This document shows, piece after piece, positions 10,215 to 19,539 of a DNA stretch of 64,000 nucleotides (the first letter of the stretch is position 1; each line of letters opens with the position of its first letter). Source of the DNA: Acutalibacteraceae bacterium (GTDB taxonomy: Bacteria > Bacillota > Clostridia > Oscillospirales > Acutalibacteraceae). The DNA is taken from NCBI GenBank assembly GCA_045542175.1, contig JAZQKN010000137.1, positions 8,961-72,960 of the forward strand, read 5' to 3'. Position numbers and translations under genes: made by a program. The notes beneath the pieces were generated by a model, which worked only from the letters and a program-made list of their open reading frames with translations, was not told the DNA's origin and did not search any database.

Positions 10215-10752
10215 TCAGTTTGATGCTTTTTCCGCAGGTGTTGAGCCCGGCGGATTAAGAAACACAACACAGATAAAAATTTTAATAACGTTTATCGTCA
10301 GCCGTCTTAAAGAGCCTATCAAAGACACCTCTTTGTTTGAAGCACTGCAGATTCACGGCCTCGCAAATTATTTTGAGGCTACACAGGCTCTCGATGAGCT
10401 TCTCACAAACGGAAATCTCACACAGGCTGACGGTCTGCTCTATATCACGCCGAAGGGTGAGCTTTCGGTTGCGGAGCTTTCGGAAGAATTGCCCCGCTCT
10501 GTTAAAGAAACCGCCCTTGCAGACGCAATCAATCTGCAGCTTCTTGAAAAAAGAGAGGGCGAAAACACCGTTGAAATCGAGCCTGTTGACAACGGCTTCA
10601 ACGTGACTTTTAAAATTACCCATAAAAGCAGTGTGCTTATGTCCCTGACCGTTTATGCCGCTGACCTTGACCAGGCACAGCTTCTCAAACACAACTTTCT
10701 TCAGGACCCCAGCCACGTTTATTCAACGGTAATCACATCACTTTTTGTATGA
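10207..10752 (+). CDS. DUF4364 family winged-helix protein
   Basis: IKILI..., NYFE....L.EL...G.L.....LYITPKG pattern. Confidence 0.7.
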   Translation: MDNQFDAFSAGVEPGGLRNTTQIKILITFIVSRLKEPIKDTSLFEALQIHGLANYFEATQALDELLTNGNLTQADGLLYITPKGELSVAELSEELPRSVKETALADAINLQLLEKREGENTVEIEPVDNGFNVTFKITHKSSVLMSLTVYAADLDQAQLLKHNFLQDPSHVYSTVITSLFV

Positions 10753-10760
10753 GGTGCAAT

Positions 10761-11450
10761 ATGCTTGAAAAATTAAAACAGGAAGTTTACGAAGCCAATC
10801 TTAAGCTTGTAGAATATAGCCTAGTTCTTTTCACATGGGGTAACGTTTCGGCAATTGACCGTGAAAGCGGCCTTGTTGTAATCAAGCCTTCGGGTGTTGA
10901 CTATGCAAAAATGACTGCCGACGATATGGTTGTTATGAATCTTGACGGCGAAAAGGTTGAGGGCAGACTCAATCCCTCATCGGATACGCCCACACATCTT
11001 GAGCTTTACCGCCGTTTCCCTGAAATCGGAGGCGTTGCACACACACACTCCACCTTTGCTGTTTCCTTTGCACAGGCCGCAAGCGATATTCCTTGCTACG
11101 GCACAACTCACGCAGACTTCGCTTTCGGCAGCGTGCCCTGCACAAGAGATATGACAAAGGAAGAAATCGAAGGCGAATACGAGCTTAACACAGGCAAGGT
11201 TATTGCCGAATGCTTCGAAACAAGAAACATTGACTATAACGCAGTTCCCGCCGTGCTTGTCCGCTCTCACGGTCCTTTCTCGTGGGGTAAAGACGGCTTT
11301 GAAGCCGCCAAAAACTCCGCTATTCTTGAAGAAGTGGCAAAAATGGCTTATCTGAGCAAAACAATGGATGCCCCCAAAGCAAACGACCATATTCAGCACA
11401 AGCACTATTTCAGAAAACACGGTGCGGGTGCATATTACGGTCAGAAATAA
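10761..11450 (+). CDS. araD: L-ribulose-5-phosphate 4-epimerase
   Basis: [28 protein letters not shown]-terminal RKHG..AYYGQ. Confidence 0.93.
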   Translation: MLEKLKQEVYEANLKLVEYSLVLFTWGNVSAIDRESGLVVIKPSGVDYAKMTADDMVVMNLDGEKVEGRLNPSSDTPTHLELYRRFPEIGGVAHTHSTFAVSFAQAASDIPCYGTTHADFAFGSVPCTRDMTKEEIEGEYELNTGKVIAECFETRNIDYNAVPAVLVRSHGPFSWGKDGFEAAKNSAILEEVAKMAYLSKTMDAPKANDHIQHKHYFRKHGAGAYYGQK

Positions 11451-11468
11451 GCAGGTTTCAATCAACGC

Positions 11469-11497
11469 TTGACACATATACACTTTGCGTATAAAAT
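11469..11497 (+). promoter_or_regulatory. Sigma-A promoter
   Basis: TTGACA-17 bp-TAAAAT. Confidence 0.7.
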
Positions 11498-11544
11498 ATA
11501 ATTAAATCTGCGGTTCATACCGCTTGGGAAACAAGGTGAATAAT

Positions 11545-12303
11545 ATGGCAAAATGTCCACATTGCGGAATCAAATTGCATATATGGAACGTTAAGGCTGA
11601 ATGCCCCAAATGCGGCGTAAACATCGCTAACTACGACTGGGAAAACAGACTTGAACAGGACGCCAAAGAGGCTGAAATTGCGTTTGCAAAGCTTCACGAA
11701 ACCCTTCGCAAATTCAAGTATTCTTTTGTCGGCACAAAGCTTCGTATTGCAAGAATTCCCATCAGCGTACTTCCCCTTTTCTCATTCCTTCTGCCTCTCG
11801 GATTTGCAACACTCAGCATTCCGTTTTATAATGAAACAATCACGCTCAACGCTATCAACATAGTGCTTAAAATAATAGATAACTCATCAATTATCGGAGC
11901 TATGATAAAGCTTCCAAACTCGGAAATTGTGGGTGATGCGGGACTTATGCTCCTGCTTTCATTCGCTCTTGTTGTTTTAAGCGCACTTTCGCTTCTCGTG
12001 AGCCTTGTATTCCTTCTTCTGAATTTCAAAAAATTCCAAAGCAAGGGTCTCGGAATCACAAACCTTGTTGCAAGCTTTATGATGCTCGGAAGTTCAGTTT
12101 GCTTCGGCAGACTTTCCGATATGCTTTCGGCAAGCACCCTTTCGGAAGCTTTCTCCTGCGGACCTCAATGGGGAGTTTACGTTTCGGCAGGTCTTTTCCT
12201 CCTGTCATCAATCGTAAACTTTGCGGTTTCGTTCAAAAAAGTTGAGCTTCCTCCCGCCGAAGAAAAGGCAGAAGAAACCGAAAAAGAAACAGTTAATGCA
12301 TAA
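11545..12303 (+). CDS. Membrane protein with N-terminal zinc ribbon
   Basis: CPHCG...CPKCG followed by about 4 TM helices. Confidence 0.75.
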   Translation: MAKCPHCGIKLHIWNVKAECPKCGVNIANYDWENRLEQDAKEAEIAFAKLHETLRKFKYSFVGTKLRIARIPISVLPLFSFLLPLGFATLSIPFYNETITLNAINIVLKIIDNSSIIGAMIKLPNSEIVGDAGLMLLLSFALVVLSALSLLVSLVFLLLNFKKFQSKGLGITNLVASFMMLGSSVCFGRLSDMLSASTLSEAFSCGPQWGVYVSAGLFLLSSIVNFAVSFKKVELPPAEEKAEETEKETVNA

Positions 12304-12309
12304 ACAACT

Positions 12310-12350
12310 AAAACCGTATCACGGAGAAATCTCCCTGATACGGTTTTTTT
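12310..12350. terminator. Bidirectional terminator
   Basis: AAAACCGTATCA...TGATACGGTTTT hairpin between convergent genes. Confidence 0.75.
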
Positions 12351-13296
12351 ATACTGTTTCGGTAATCACGGTGCCCGGATAATAGTGACTTATGATTTCC
12401 TGCCAGCTGCTCCCCTGCCTTGCCATATAATCGGCTCCGTATTGGCTCATTCCGACACCGTGACCGTGACCTTTGACTTCAAAAACGTATTCGCCGTCCT
12501 CATAAGACGCTTCAAAGCAGTTGCTCCTTAAAGAGAGCTTCTCCCTGACCTGTGCACCGCTTAAATTTTTACCGCAGATTTCAATTCTGCTCACATAACC
12601 ACCCTCGGTATATTCAACTTCACCTATACCGTTTTCATCGGTATCAGTCCCGAGCAAATCGGTAAGCTCGCTTTCGGTAAAGGTTACTTTTTGTGCGTAA
12701 TCGGGCGAAAGCTTGTCGCCTGGACTTGCCACGCTTTGCAGATAATTTATATCACTTCCCCAAAGCTCATCCGCCGACTGCGTTGCACCCGCACTCACGG
12801 AATGATAAACCGTCAGGGCAGTTTCGCCGTTATACGTAATAACGTTGCCGTAAACCGAATCAACCGCCGCACCGACTTTTCTTTCGTTAGCTTCAAAGGA
12901 CGAGCCCCAGAGCTCTTTTCTCTGCTCTTTATTTAAATAACCCTGATGCTTGCCCGTATCGTCAGTTATATCGGCAGTTTCGTTGCCCGTCTGCATTGTT
13001 CTTTTTGCGTAAGTGTAGCTTGCCGCCGCCTGTGCCTTCAGTGCTTCGGAGTGGTACTGCGCGGGCATTTCAGCCGCAACACAGCCGATAAGATATTCAC
13101 GCATTTCAATTTTGCTTGTTTCTCCGTTTGAAGACGACATAACGGTTATGTATTCACCACCGTCACTGCTTATGGCAATAACCTCTCTGCTCTGCGCGTC
13201 AGAAACAGGCTTTCCGCCGCTGTTTCCGATGGCGGCAACGGGGCATAATATCATTGCAAGCGCAATAAGAATACAGATAATGATATATCTTCTCAT
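12349..13296 (-). CDS. spoIID: Stage II sporulation protein D (lytic transglycosylase)
   Basis: YLIGCVAAEMPA...EALKAQA, LRS..F, GHGHGVGMSQYGA..MA..G, YYPG. Confidence 0.93.
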   Translation of the reverse strand: MRRYIIICILIALAMILCPVAAIGNSGGKPVSDAQSREVIAISSDGGEYITVMSSSNGETSKIEMREYLIGCVAAEMPAQYHSEALKAQAAASYTYAKRTMQTGNETADITDDTGKHQGYLNKEQRKELWGSSFEANERKVGAAVDSVYGNVITYNGETALTVYHSVSAGATQSADELWGSDINYLQSVASPGDKLSPDYAQKVTFTESELTDLLGTDTDENGIGEVEYTEGGYVSRIEICGKNLSGAQVREKLSLRSNCFEASYEDGEYVFEVKGHGHGVGMSQYGADYMARQGSSWQEIISHYYPGTVITETV

Positions 13297-13405
13297 TTGT
13301 GAATCCCTTCGCTCTCCAAATCACTTGACTTTTATTATATAAAAGGTGTATAATAAATTCTAATTATATGATGAGATAGTGTTATTTAAAGAAAGGAACG
13401 ATATT

Positions 13406-14770
13406 ATGACCACTATTAAAAACCGCGTTCCGTCCGGTGATATAAACAATTTATGCGATAAAATCCGTAAATATAACTATATTGATCCCGCAGACTTTGA
13501 ACGTTTCAACGTAAAAAAAGGTCTCAGAAACGCTGACGGCACAGGCGTTATGGCAGGCATAACAAGAGTTTGCTCTGTTGAAGGCTACCACATTGTTGAC
13601 GGCGAAAAAACTCCCGTTGACGGCCGCCTTTTCTACAGAGGAATTGACATTGACGATATTATCAATGCCTGCATAAAAGAGGACCGTTTCGGCTTTGAGG
13701 AAGTTATCTGGCTTCTTCTTTTCGGAACTCTTCCCACTGCTTCACAGCTTGATAATTTCTGCGATATTCTCGGCAGATGCCGTGATTTACCCGATGATTT
13801 CATTGAAGATATGATTATGAAATCTCCCTCGCCCAACGTTATGAACAAGCTTGCGCGCTCTGTTCTTTCCCTCTATTCTTATGACAGCAACCCTGATGAC
13901 ACTTCGGTTGAAAACGTTCTGCGTCAGTGCATCAACGTAATTGCACAGATTCCCGCCATTATGGTGTATGCTTATCAGGTCAAGCGCAGACACTATTATC
14001 ATAAGAGTATGTATATTCATCAGATAAAGCCCGAATACAGAACAGCACAGCACGTTCTGCGTTCAATCAGAGCAAACAAAACCTTCACCGACGAAGAGGC
14101 AAAGCTTCTCGATATCTGCCTTATGGTGCACGCTGACCACGGCGGCGGTAATAACTCAACATTCTCAACAAGAGTTCTTACCTCAAGCGGTACAGACACC
14201 TATTCGGCAATTGCCGCGGGTATCGGCTCTCTCAAGGGTCCCAAGCACGGCGGTGCCAACATAAAGGTTGTTGAAATGGTTGAGCAGATAAAAGCAGGCG
14301 TTTCAGACATAACAAACGAAGGTCAGGTTGCCGATTTCCTCAGAAAGATTATCAGAAAGCAGGAAGGCGACGGCTCGGGTCTTGTTTACGGTATGGGTCA
14401 CGCGGTTTACACAATCTCTGACCCCAGAGCAAAAATCCTCCGTGCAAAGGCTTCCGAATTTGCTCTTGATTCAAAGTTTGAAGACGAATATATTCTTCTC
14501 AACCTTATTGAAAAGCTCACTCCCGAAATTTTCAACGAGGTTAAAGGCTCAAACAAAGCAATGTGTGCAAATGTTGACCTTTACTCAGGTCTTATCTATA
14601 AAATGCTCGACATTCCCGCTGACCTTTATACTCCCCTTTTCACTGTTGCAAGAGTTGCGGGCTGGTCAGCTCACAGAATCGAAGAGCTCGTTTCGGGCGG
14701 CAAAATTATCCGTCCCGCTTACAAGAGCACAAATCTTGTTCACGATTATACTCCCATTTCCGAGAGATAA
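13406..14770 (+). CDS. Citrate synthase (citrate/2-methylcitrate synthase family)
   Basis: HADHGGGNNSTF, GPKHGGAN, YGMGHAVY..SDPRA, NVDLYSG; TTGACT/TATAAT promoter at 13325-13354. Confidence 0.92.
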   Translation: MTTIKNRVPSGDINNLCDKIRKYNYIDPADFERFNVKKGLRNADGTGVMAGITRVCSVEGYHIVDGEKTPVDGRLFYRGIDIDDIINACIKEDRFGFEEVIWLLLFGTLPTASQLDNFCDILGRCRDLPDDFIEDMIMKSPSPNVMNKLARSVLSLYSYDSNPDDTSVENVLRQCINVIAQIPAIMVYAYQVKRRHYYHKSMYIHQIKPEYRTAQHVLRSIRANKTFTDEEAKLLDICLMVHADHGGGNNSTFSTRVLTSSGTDTYSAIAAGIGSLKGPKHGGANIKVVEMVEQIKAGVSDITNEGQVADFLRKIIRKQEGDGSGLVYGMGHAVYTISDPRAKILRAKASEFALDSKFEDEYILLNLIEKLTPEIFNEVKGSNKAMCANVDLYSGLIYKMLDIPADLYTPLFTVARVAGWSAHRIEELVSGGKIIRPAYKSTNLVHDYTPISER

Positions 14771-14796
14771 ACTGAAAAAAGAAGGTAATTACCGTT

Positions 14797-15726
14797 ATGA
14801 AAACAAAAGCTTTAACTTCAGGCTTCGGACTCGGTGCAATAATTCTTATTGCCGCTGCGATTATCGCTCTTCCCGTAAGAACAACGCAGTATTTCAGAAT
14901 TCTTGAAGGCACAACAGGTTTCTATACAACAACCGACTGGACCGTTTATCTGCTTTTCGCAGTTCTTGCCGTTGCAATCGTGGCTTTTCTTGTTCTCGGT
15001 TTTATAAACCGCAAAAAGCTTGATTACTCGATTGAAACAAAGAAAAGACCCGGATTCGGAATTCTTGCCGCAGTTACCGCAATCGGTCTGATAATCGATG
15101 CCGTTATCTGCCTTAATGCCGTATATAATCCTCAGGTCAGCCTCGGAATATCCACGGCTACCTACGAAGCAACCCAGACGGCAAACTATATACTGACCGC
15201 TCAGGCTGTTGCCGCCGCCGTTTCAGCTCTCTACTTTGTAACCGTATGCATCGGCTCACTCAGCGGCAAATCAAACGGCACGGAATTCAAGCTGATTTCT
15301 CTTGCTCCCGTTCTCTGGAGTATATTCAGACTCGTTTTCCGTTTCACAAGAACAATCAGCTACATCAGAGTTTCCGACCTGCTTTTTGAAATGATTATGA
15401 TTATTTTCATGATGCTTTTCTTTATGGCTTTTGCCCAGGTTAACGCAGGCATCGAAGCTAAAAACTGCGAGTGGAAAATTGCGGCTTACGGTTTATCCGC
15501 CGCTCTTCTTGCTCTTGTTTGCTTCATTCCCAGATTCATCGTTACCGCAAGCGGTAACACAGATTTGCTTTACAGCTATTCATCGGCTGAATACTGCGAC
15601 ATCGGATTTGCTCTTTTCGCAATTGCCGCAGTTTTAACAAGAATAACAGATAAAAAAGACCTGCCCGAGCCCGAGGTGGCAGAAAAAACCGAGGCTCCCG
15701 CACAGGCAGACGCAAACGAGGAATAA
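14797..15726 (+). CDS. Hypothetical polytopic membrane protein
   Basis: About 8 hydrophobic segments; RBS present; operonic position. Confidence 0.7.
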   Translation: MKTKALTSGFGLGAIILIAAAIIALPVRTTQYFRILEGTTGFYTTTDWTVYLLFAVLAVAIVAFLVLGFINRKKLDYSIETKKRPGFGILAAVTAIGLIIDAVICLNAVYNPQVSLGISTATYEATQTANYILTAQAVAAAVSALYFVTVCIGSLSGKSNGTEFKLISLAPVLWSIFRLVFRFTRTISYIRVSDLLFEMIMIIFMMLFFMAFAQVNAGIEAKNCEWKIAAYGLSAALLALVCFIPRFIVTASGNTDLLYSYSSAEYCDIGFALFAIAAVLTRITDKKDLPEPEVAEKTEAPAQADANEE

Positions 15727-15731
15727 TCCGA

Positions 15732-16670
15732 ATGTTTTTTGATAATATGATGCTTGCCGCTGAGCAAGTAGGTATTCTTTATATAATCGTTGCAGTTGGT
15801 TTTTTTGCAGATAAATTCGGTCTTTACACCGGAAAAACCGCAAAAAAATGCACCGATCTTCTCTTTTATATCGTTACACCCGCTAAAATCATTGAAAGCT
15901 TTTTCACTCTCGAATACAGCCCCGAAACAGTAAAAGGTTTGTTCATTGCTCTTGGCTGCGGTTTTCTTCTTCACACCGTTGCCGCAATCGTTTCCACCTT
16001 TGTTTTCAATAAGTGCGATATTGAAAAAGCTGTTATTTTTAAGTATGCGGGAGCATACAGCAACGCAGGCTATATGGGTCTGCCCCTTGCCAATGCCATT
16101 TTTGGTACGGAAGGCGTGTTCTACTGCTCTGCGGTTATCATTTCGTTCCAGATTTTCTGCTTTACCCACGGCGTTTACGTTATGAACAAGGGTAAAACAG
16201 AGGGCAAAAAGGGAATTGAGTTTAAAAAGCTTATATTCAACCCCGGTGTTATCGGTGTTGTAATCGGTATGCCGATTTTCCTGCTTTCACTCAAGCTTCC
16301 CGATATAATCGCCCAGCCCATAACCTACGTGGGCAGCCTTAACAGTCCGCTTGCGATGCTGATTTTCGGCACTTACATCGCACATACGGATTTCAAATCA
16401 ATTTTCAAGGAATGGCGTATTCTTGCCGTTGCATTTATAAAGCTTATTCTTATGCCCGCAATTATGCTTGTCCTTTACAAGCTTATCGGCATAAGCGGCG
16501 TGCTTCTCGGCTCTCTTATGGTTTCGGCAAGTGCTCCGAGTGCAACAAACACAACGATTTTTGCCGCAAAATACGAAAGAGACGCAGGTCTTGCTTCTCA
16601 GACTGTGGCAATAATCAGCTTCCTTTCAATTCTCACAATGCCCGTTGTTATTGCGGTTTCTCAGCTTTGA
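15732..16670 (+). CDS. AEC (auxin efflux carrier) family transporter
   Basis: SNAGYMGLPL, NP..IG, SPLAMLIFG, KLILMP, P.A motifs. Confidence 0.88.
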   Translation: MFFDNMMLAAEQVGILYIIVAVGFFADKFGLYTGKTAKKCTDLLFYIVTPAKIIESFFTLEYSPETVKGLFIALGCGFLLHTVAAIVSTFVFNKCDIEKAVIFKYAGAYSNAGYMGLPLANAIFGTEGVFYCSAVIISFQIFCFTHGVYVMNKGKTEGKKGIEFKKLIFNPGVIGVVIGMPIFLLSLKLPDIIAQPITYVGSLNSPLAMLIFGTYIAHTDFKSIFKEWRILAVAFIKLILMPAIMLVLYKLIGISGVLLGSLMVSASAPSATNTTIFAAKYERDAGLASQTVAIISFLSILTMPVVIAVSQL

Positions 16671-16703
16671 TTATGAGGTGGTATTCTGAAAATCAAAGAA
16701 ATA

Positions 16704-17483
16704 ATGGATATCGCTTCGCCTCTTTGGGGTGTTTGCGGCTTTGACGGATTAAGCGGCAATCTTATTGAATGCCGTGCAAAGAGCAGACTTCCCGAAAACG
16801 CCAAATCTGTTATCGTTGCGTGCTTTCCTTATTATTTAGGCAAGGACGCATATAAAAACAGCAATATTTCAAAATACGCCGTTGTAACGGATTATCATGA
16901 CGTTGCAATTGCACGACTTGAAGAAGCGTGCAATAAACTGCGTGAAATATACCCCGAAGAAGAATTTGTTCCGTTTGCCGATAACTCACCGATTCCCGAA
17001 GTTTCGGCGGCAATCAATTCAGGTCTCGGCGTAAGAGGAAAAAACTCTCTTCTCATCACTGAAAAATACGGCTCTTACGTTTTCATAGGCGAAATCGTCA
17101 CAACGCTTGCCGTTGAGAAAACGGAAAGCGAAATAAAAAGTTGCTTAGACTGCGGCTTATGTCTGGCAAACTGCCCCGCAAAGGCAATCGGCGATAACGG
17201 AATCGACAGTTCAAAATGTCTCTCAGCCGTTACGCAGAAAAAAGGCACACTTTCCGCTGAAGAAACTGCTTTGATGAAAGAATGCGGCTGTGTCTGGGGC
17301 TGCGATTTATGTCAGGATATTTGCCCGATGAACAAAAACACGGCGGTTACGGAAATTGAAGAGTTTCTCAAAGACCCCGTTGCAATCCTCACAAATGAAA
17401 CTCCCCTTGAAGGGCGTGCGTATGCCTGGAGAGGTAAAAAAGTTACAGAAAGAAATCTTGCGGTTACAAGCTATGAAGATTAA
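16704..17483 (+). CDS. queG: Epoxyqueuosine reductase QueG-like 4Fe-4S protein
   Basis: ISKYA..DYH, GLGVRGKNSL....YGSYVF, CLDCGLC...CP, WGCDLCQDICP.N. Confidence 0.8.
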   Translation: MDIASPLWGVCGFDGLSGNLIECRAKSRLPENAKSVIVACFPYYLGKDAYKNSNISKYAVVTDYHDVAIARLEEACNKLREIYPEEEFVPFADNSPIPEVSAAINSGLGVRGKNSLLITEKYGSYVFIGEIVTTLAVEKTESEIKSCLDCGLCLANCPAKAIGDNGIDSSKCLSAVTQKKGTLSAEETALMKECGCVWGCDLCQDICPMNKNTAVTEIEEFLKDPVAILTNETPLEGRAYAWRGKKVTERNLAVTSYED

Positions 17484-18360
17484 CGGTTTTAATCTGAATA
17501 ATCCCGTAGAGCAAACCCTGAAGGCAACATTTGCCGCAGGGCGTTTTCCGCATGCAATAATTCTTGAAGGCGGCTCTGCTCAGGAAAGAATGGACCTTGG
17601 CAGAAACATTGCCGCCGCTCTCACCTGCTCTGAATCACGTGCTCAGGCTCCTTGCGGCGAATGTTCTCATTGCAAAAAGAATGCCGCCGATTCTCATCCC
17701 GACGTTCTTATTTATTCTGTTGAGGATAAGCCCAGAGCCTTCAAGGTTGACCTTGTAAGAGATATAAGAAACAAGGCGTTTATAATTCCGAATGAAGCCG
17801 ACCGAAAGGTTTTCATTCTTGAAAATTCACATACTATGGGTATAGAGGGCCAGAATGCAATACTGAAAATTCTTGAAGAGCCCCCCTCATACGTTAATTT
17901 TATTCTTCTCTGTTCTTCCAAATCGGGATTTTTACCCACAGTGCTTTCAAGAGCAACGGTTTATACCGTCGGCGAAGCAGAAAATTCCGATTCCGAAACA
18001 GACTACGAAAAGACCGTTGAAGCGGCAAGCAACGTTGCAAAATCGCTCACAAGCATTGACGATTTTGAAACACTGAAAGCGGCGGCGGTTTTTGAAAAAG
18101 ACGCAAAGCTTTTGAAAGCGGCATTACCCGTTATGCAGGAAATCTTTGCGGCAGCTTTAAGAACAAAGCACAATGCCGCTGAAGACGGCTGTGAATTCGG
18201 CACTCTTCCCGCCGAGCTTGCATCAAGACTCTCGGGCAGAGCGTTGCTCGAGCTTTGCGAAACAGTCAACACTCTTATGGCATCAATCAGAATGAATGCC
18301 AACCACAATTTGATGATTACCGCGCTTTGCACGTCTCTTCGCAAAGCCGTTTCGAAATAG
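17473..18360 (+). CDS. holB: DNA polymerase III delta-prime subunit
   Basis: PHAIILEG, PCGECSHC, HPD, QNAILKILEEPP, LPTVLSR; directly upstream of ricT as in Firmicutes. Confidence 0.88.
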   Translation: MKINGFNLNNPVEQTLKATFAAGRFPHAIILEGGSAQERMDLGRNIAAALTCSESRAQAPCGECSHCKKNAADSHPDVLIYSVEDKPRAFKVDLVRDIRNKAFIIPNEADRKVFILENSHTMGIEGQNAILKILEEPPSYVNFILLCSSKSGFLPTVLSRATVYTVGEAENSDSETDYEKTVEAASNVAKSLTSIDDFETLKAAAVFEKDAKLLKAALPVMQEIFAAALRTKHNAAEDGCEFGTLPAELASRLSGRALLELCETVNTLMASIRMNANHNLMITALCTSLRKAVSK

Positions 18361-18370
18361 GAGGTACATT

Positions 18371-19237
18371 ATGGCAGAAGTAATAGGTGTTCGCTTTAAA
18401 GAAGTGGGCAAGGTTTATTATTTTGACCCCGACGGTAAAAAGCTCAGAAAAGGTGAGCGTGTAATAGTTGAAACAGTTCGCGGCATTGAATGCGGCGAGG
18501 TTGCAATGGATAACAGAGAGGTAAGCGACGAAGAAATCGTAAAGCCCCTCAAAAAGCTTATCCGAATTGCAACTGACGATGATATCTATACTCTTGCAGA
18601 AAACAAGCGCAAGGAAGCCGAAGCTTTCGAGGTTTGTCAGAAAAAGATTGCCGCACATAATCTTGACATGAAGCTTGTTGACGTTGAATATACTTTTGAC
18701 GGCGGCAAAATTCTTTTCTATTTCACCGCAGACGGCAGAGTTGACTTCAGAGAGCTTGTAAAAGACCTTGCAAGCGTATTCAGAACACGCATTGGGCTTC
18801 GTCAGATAGGTGTTCGTGACGAATCAAAAATGCTCGGCGGTCTCGGAATTTGCGGCAGACCTTTCTGTTGCGGCAGTTTCCTCGGCGAATTCCAGCCCGT
18901 TTCAATCAAAATGGCAAAAGAGCAGGGACTTTCGCTCAACCCCGCAAAAATCAGCGGTGCCTGCGGCAGACTTATGTGCTGCCTCAAGTATGAGCAGAAT
19001 GCCTACGAGCATCTTCTTAAAATCACTCCCAAGCCCGGTGCAATTGTTGAAACAAACGAGGGTGCCGGCACTGTAGTTGATTTCAGCTTACTTACAGGCA
19101 CGCTCAAAGTTCAGCTTCACAACAACCCCGACGCACCGCCCAAAGCCTTCCACCGCAAGGAGGTTAAGCTTGTAAGAGACGCTAAAATCAGGGTTGAAAA
19201 AGAAGAAATTAATGCCCTCAAAGACATTGAAGACTGA
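18371..19237 (+). CDS. ricT: PSP1-domain protein RicT/YaaT
   Basis: FYFTADGRVDFRELVKDLA, GICGRPFCC, KISGACGRLMCCLKYE. Confidence 0.92.
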   Translation: MAEVIGVRFKEVGKVYYFDPDGKKLRKGERVIVETVRGIECGEVAMDNREVSDEEIVKPLKKLIRIATDDDIYTLAENKRKEAEAFEVCQKKIAAHNLDMKLVDVEYTFDGGKILFYFTADGRVDFRELVKDLASVFRTRIGLRQIGVRDESKMLGGLGICGRPFCCGSFLGEFQPVSIKMAKEQGLSLNPAKISGACGRLMCCLKYEQNAYEHLLKITPKPGAIVETNEGAGTVVDFSLLTGTLKVQLHNNPDAPPKAFHRKEVKLVRDAKIRVEKEEINALKDIED

Positions 19238-19315
19238 TTTTTTTAAAAGACTCTTGCATTTTTAAAATTATGTGTTACAATGATGGTAACCCAACATACA
19301 AGGAGGAAGATTTCA

Positions 19316-19486
19316 ATGGCATACGTAATTAACGATTCTTGCATTTCATGCGGCGCTTGTGCAGCAGAATGCCCCGTAGAAGCTATCTCAGAAGGCGCAG
19401 ATAAGTACGTTATCGACGCTGACGCTTGCATCGAATGCGGCGCTTGTGCAGATGCTTGCCCCGTAGAAGCTCCCGTAGCTGAATAA
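19316..19486 (+). CDS. 2x[4Fe-4S] ferredoxin
   Basis: Two CxxCxxCxxxCP motifs in 56 aa; AGGAGG RBS; own promoter and terminator. Confidence 0.95.
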   Translation: MAYVINDSCISCGACAAECPVEAISEGADKYVIDADACIECGACADACPVEAPVAE

Positions 19487-19506
19487 TTCAGAAATTGAAT
19501 TAAAGT

Positions 19507-19536
19507 AAAAGGCTTTCCGAAACGGAAAGCCTTTTT
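19507..19536. terminator. Bidirectional terminator
   Basis: AAAAGGCTTTCC-GAAAC-GGAAAGCCTTTT. Confidence 0.8.
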
Positions 19537-19539
19537 GTT

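Noticed and set aside
10761-11450. Arabinose utilisation operon
   Set aside because: araD is present without araA or araB in this window.
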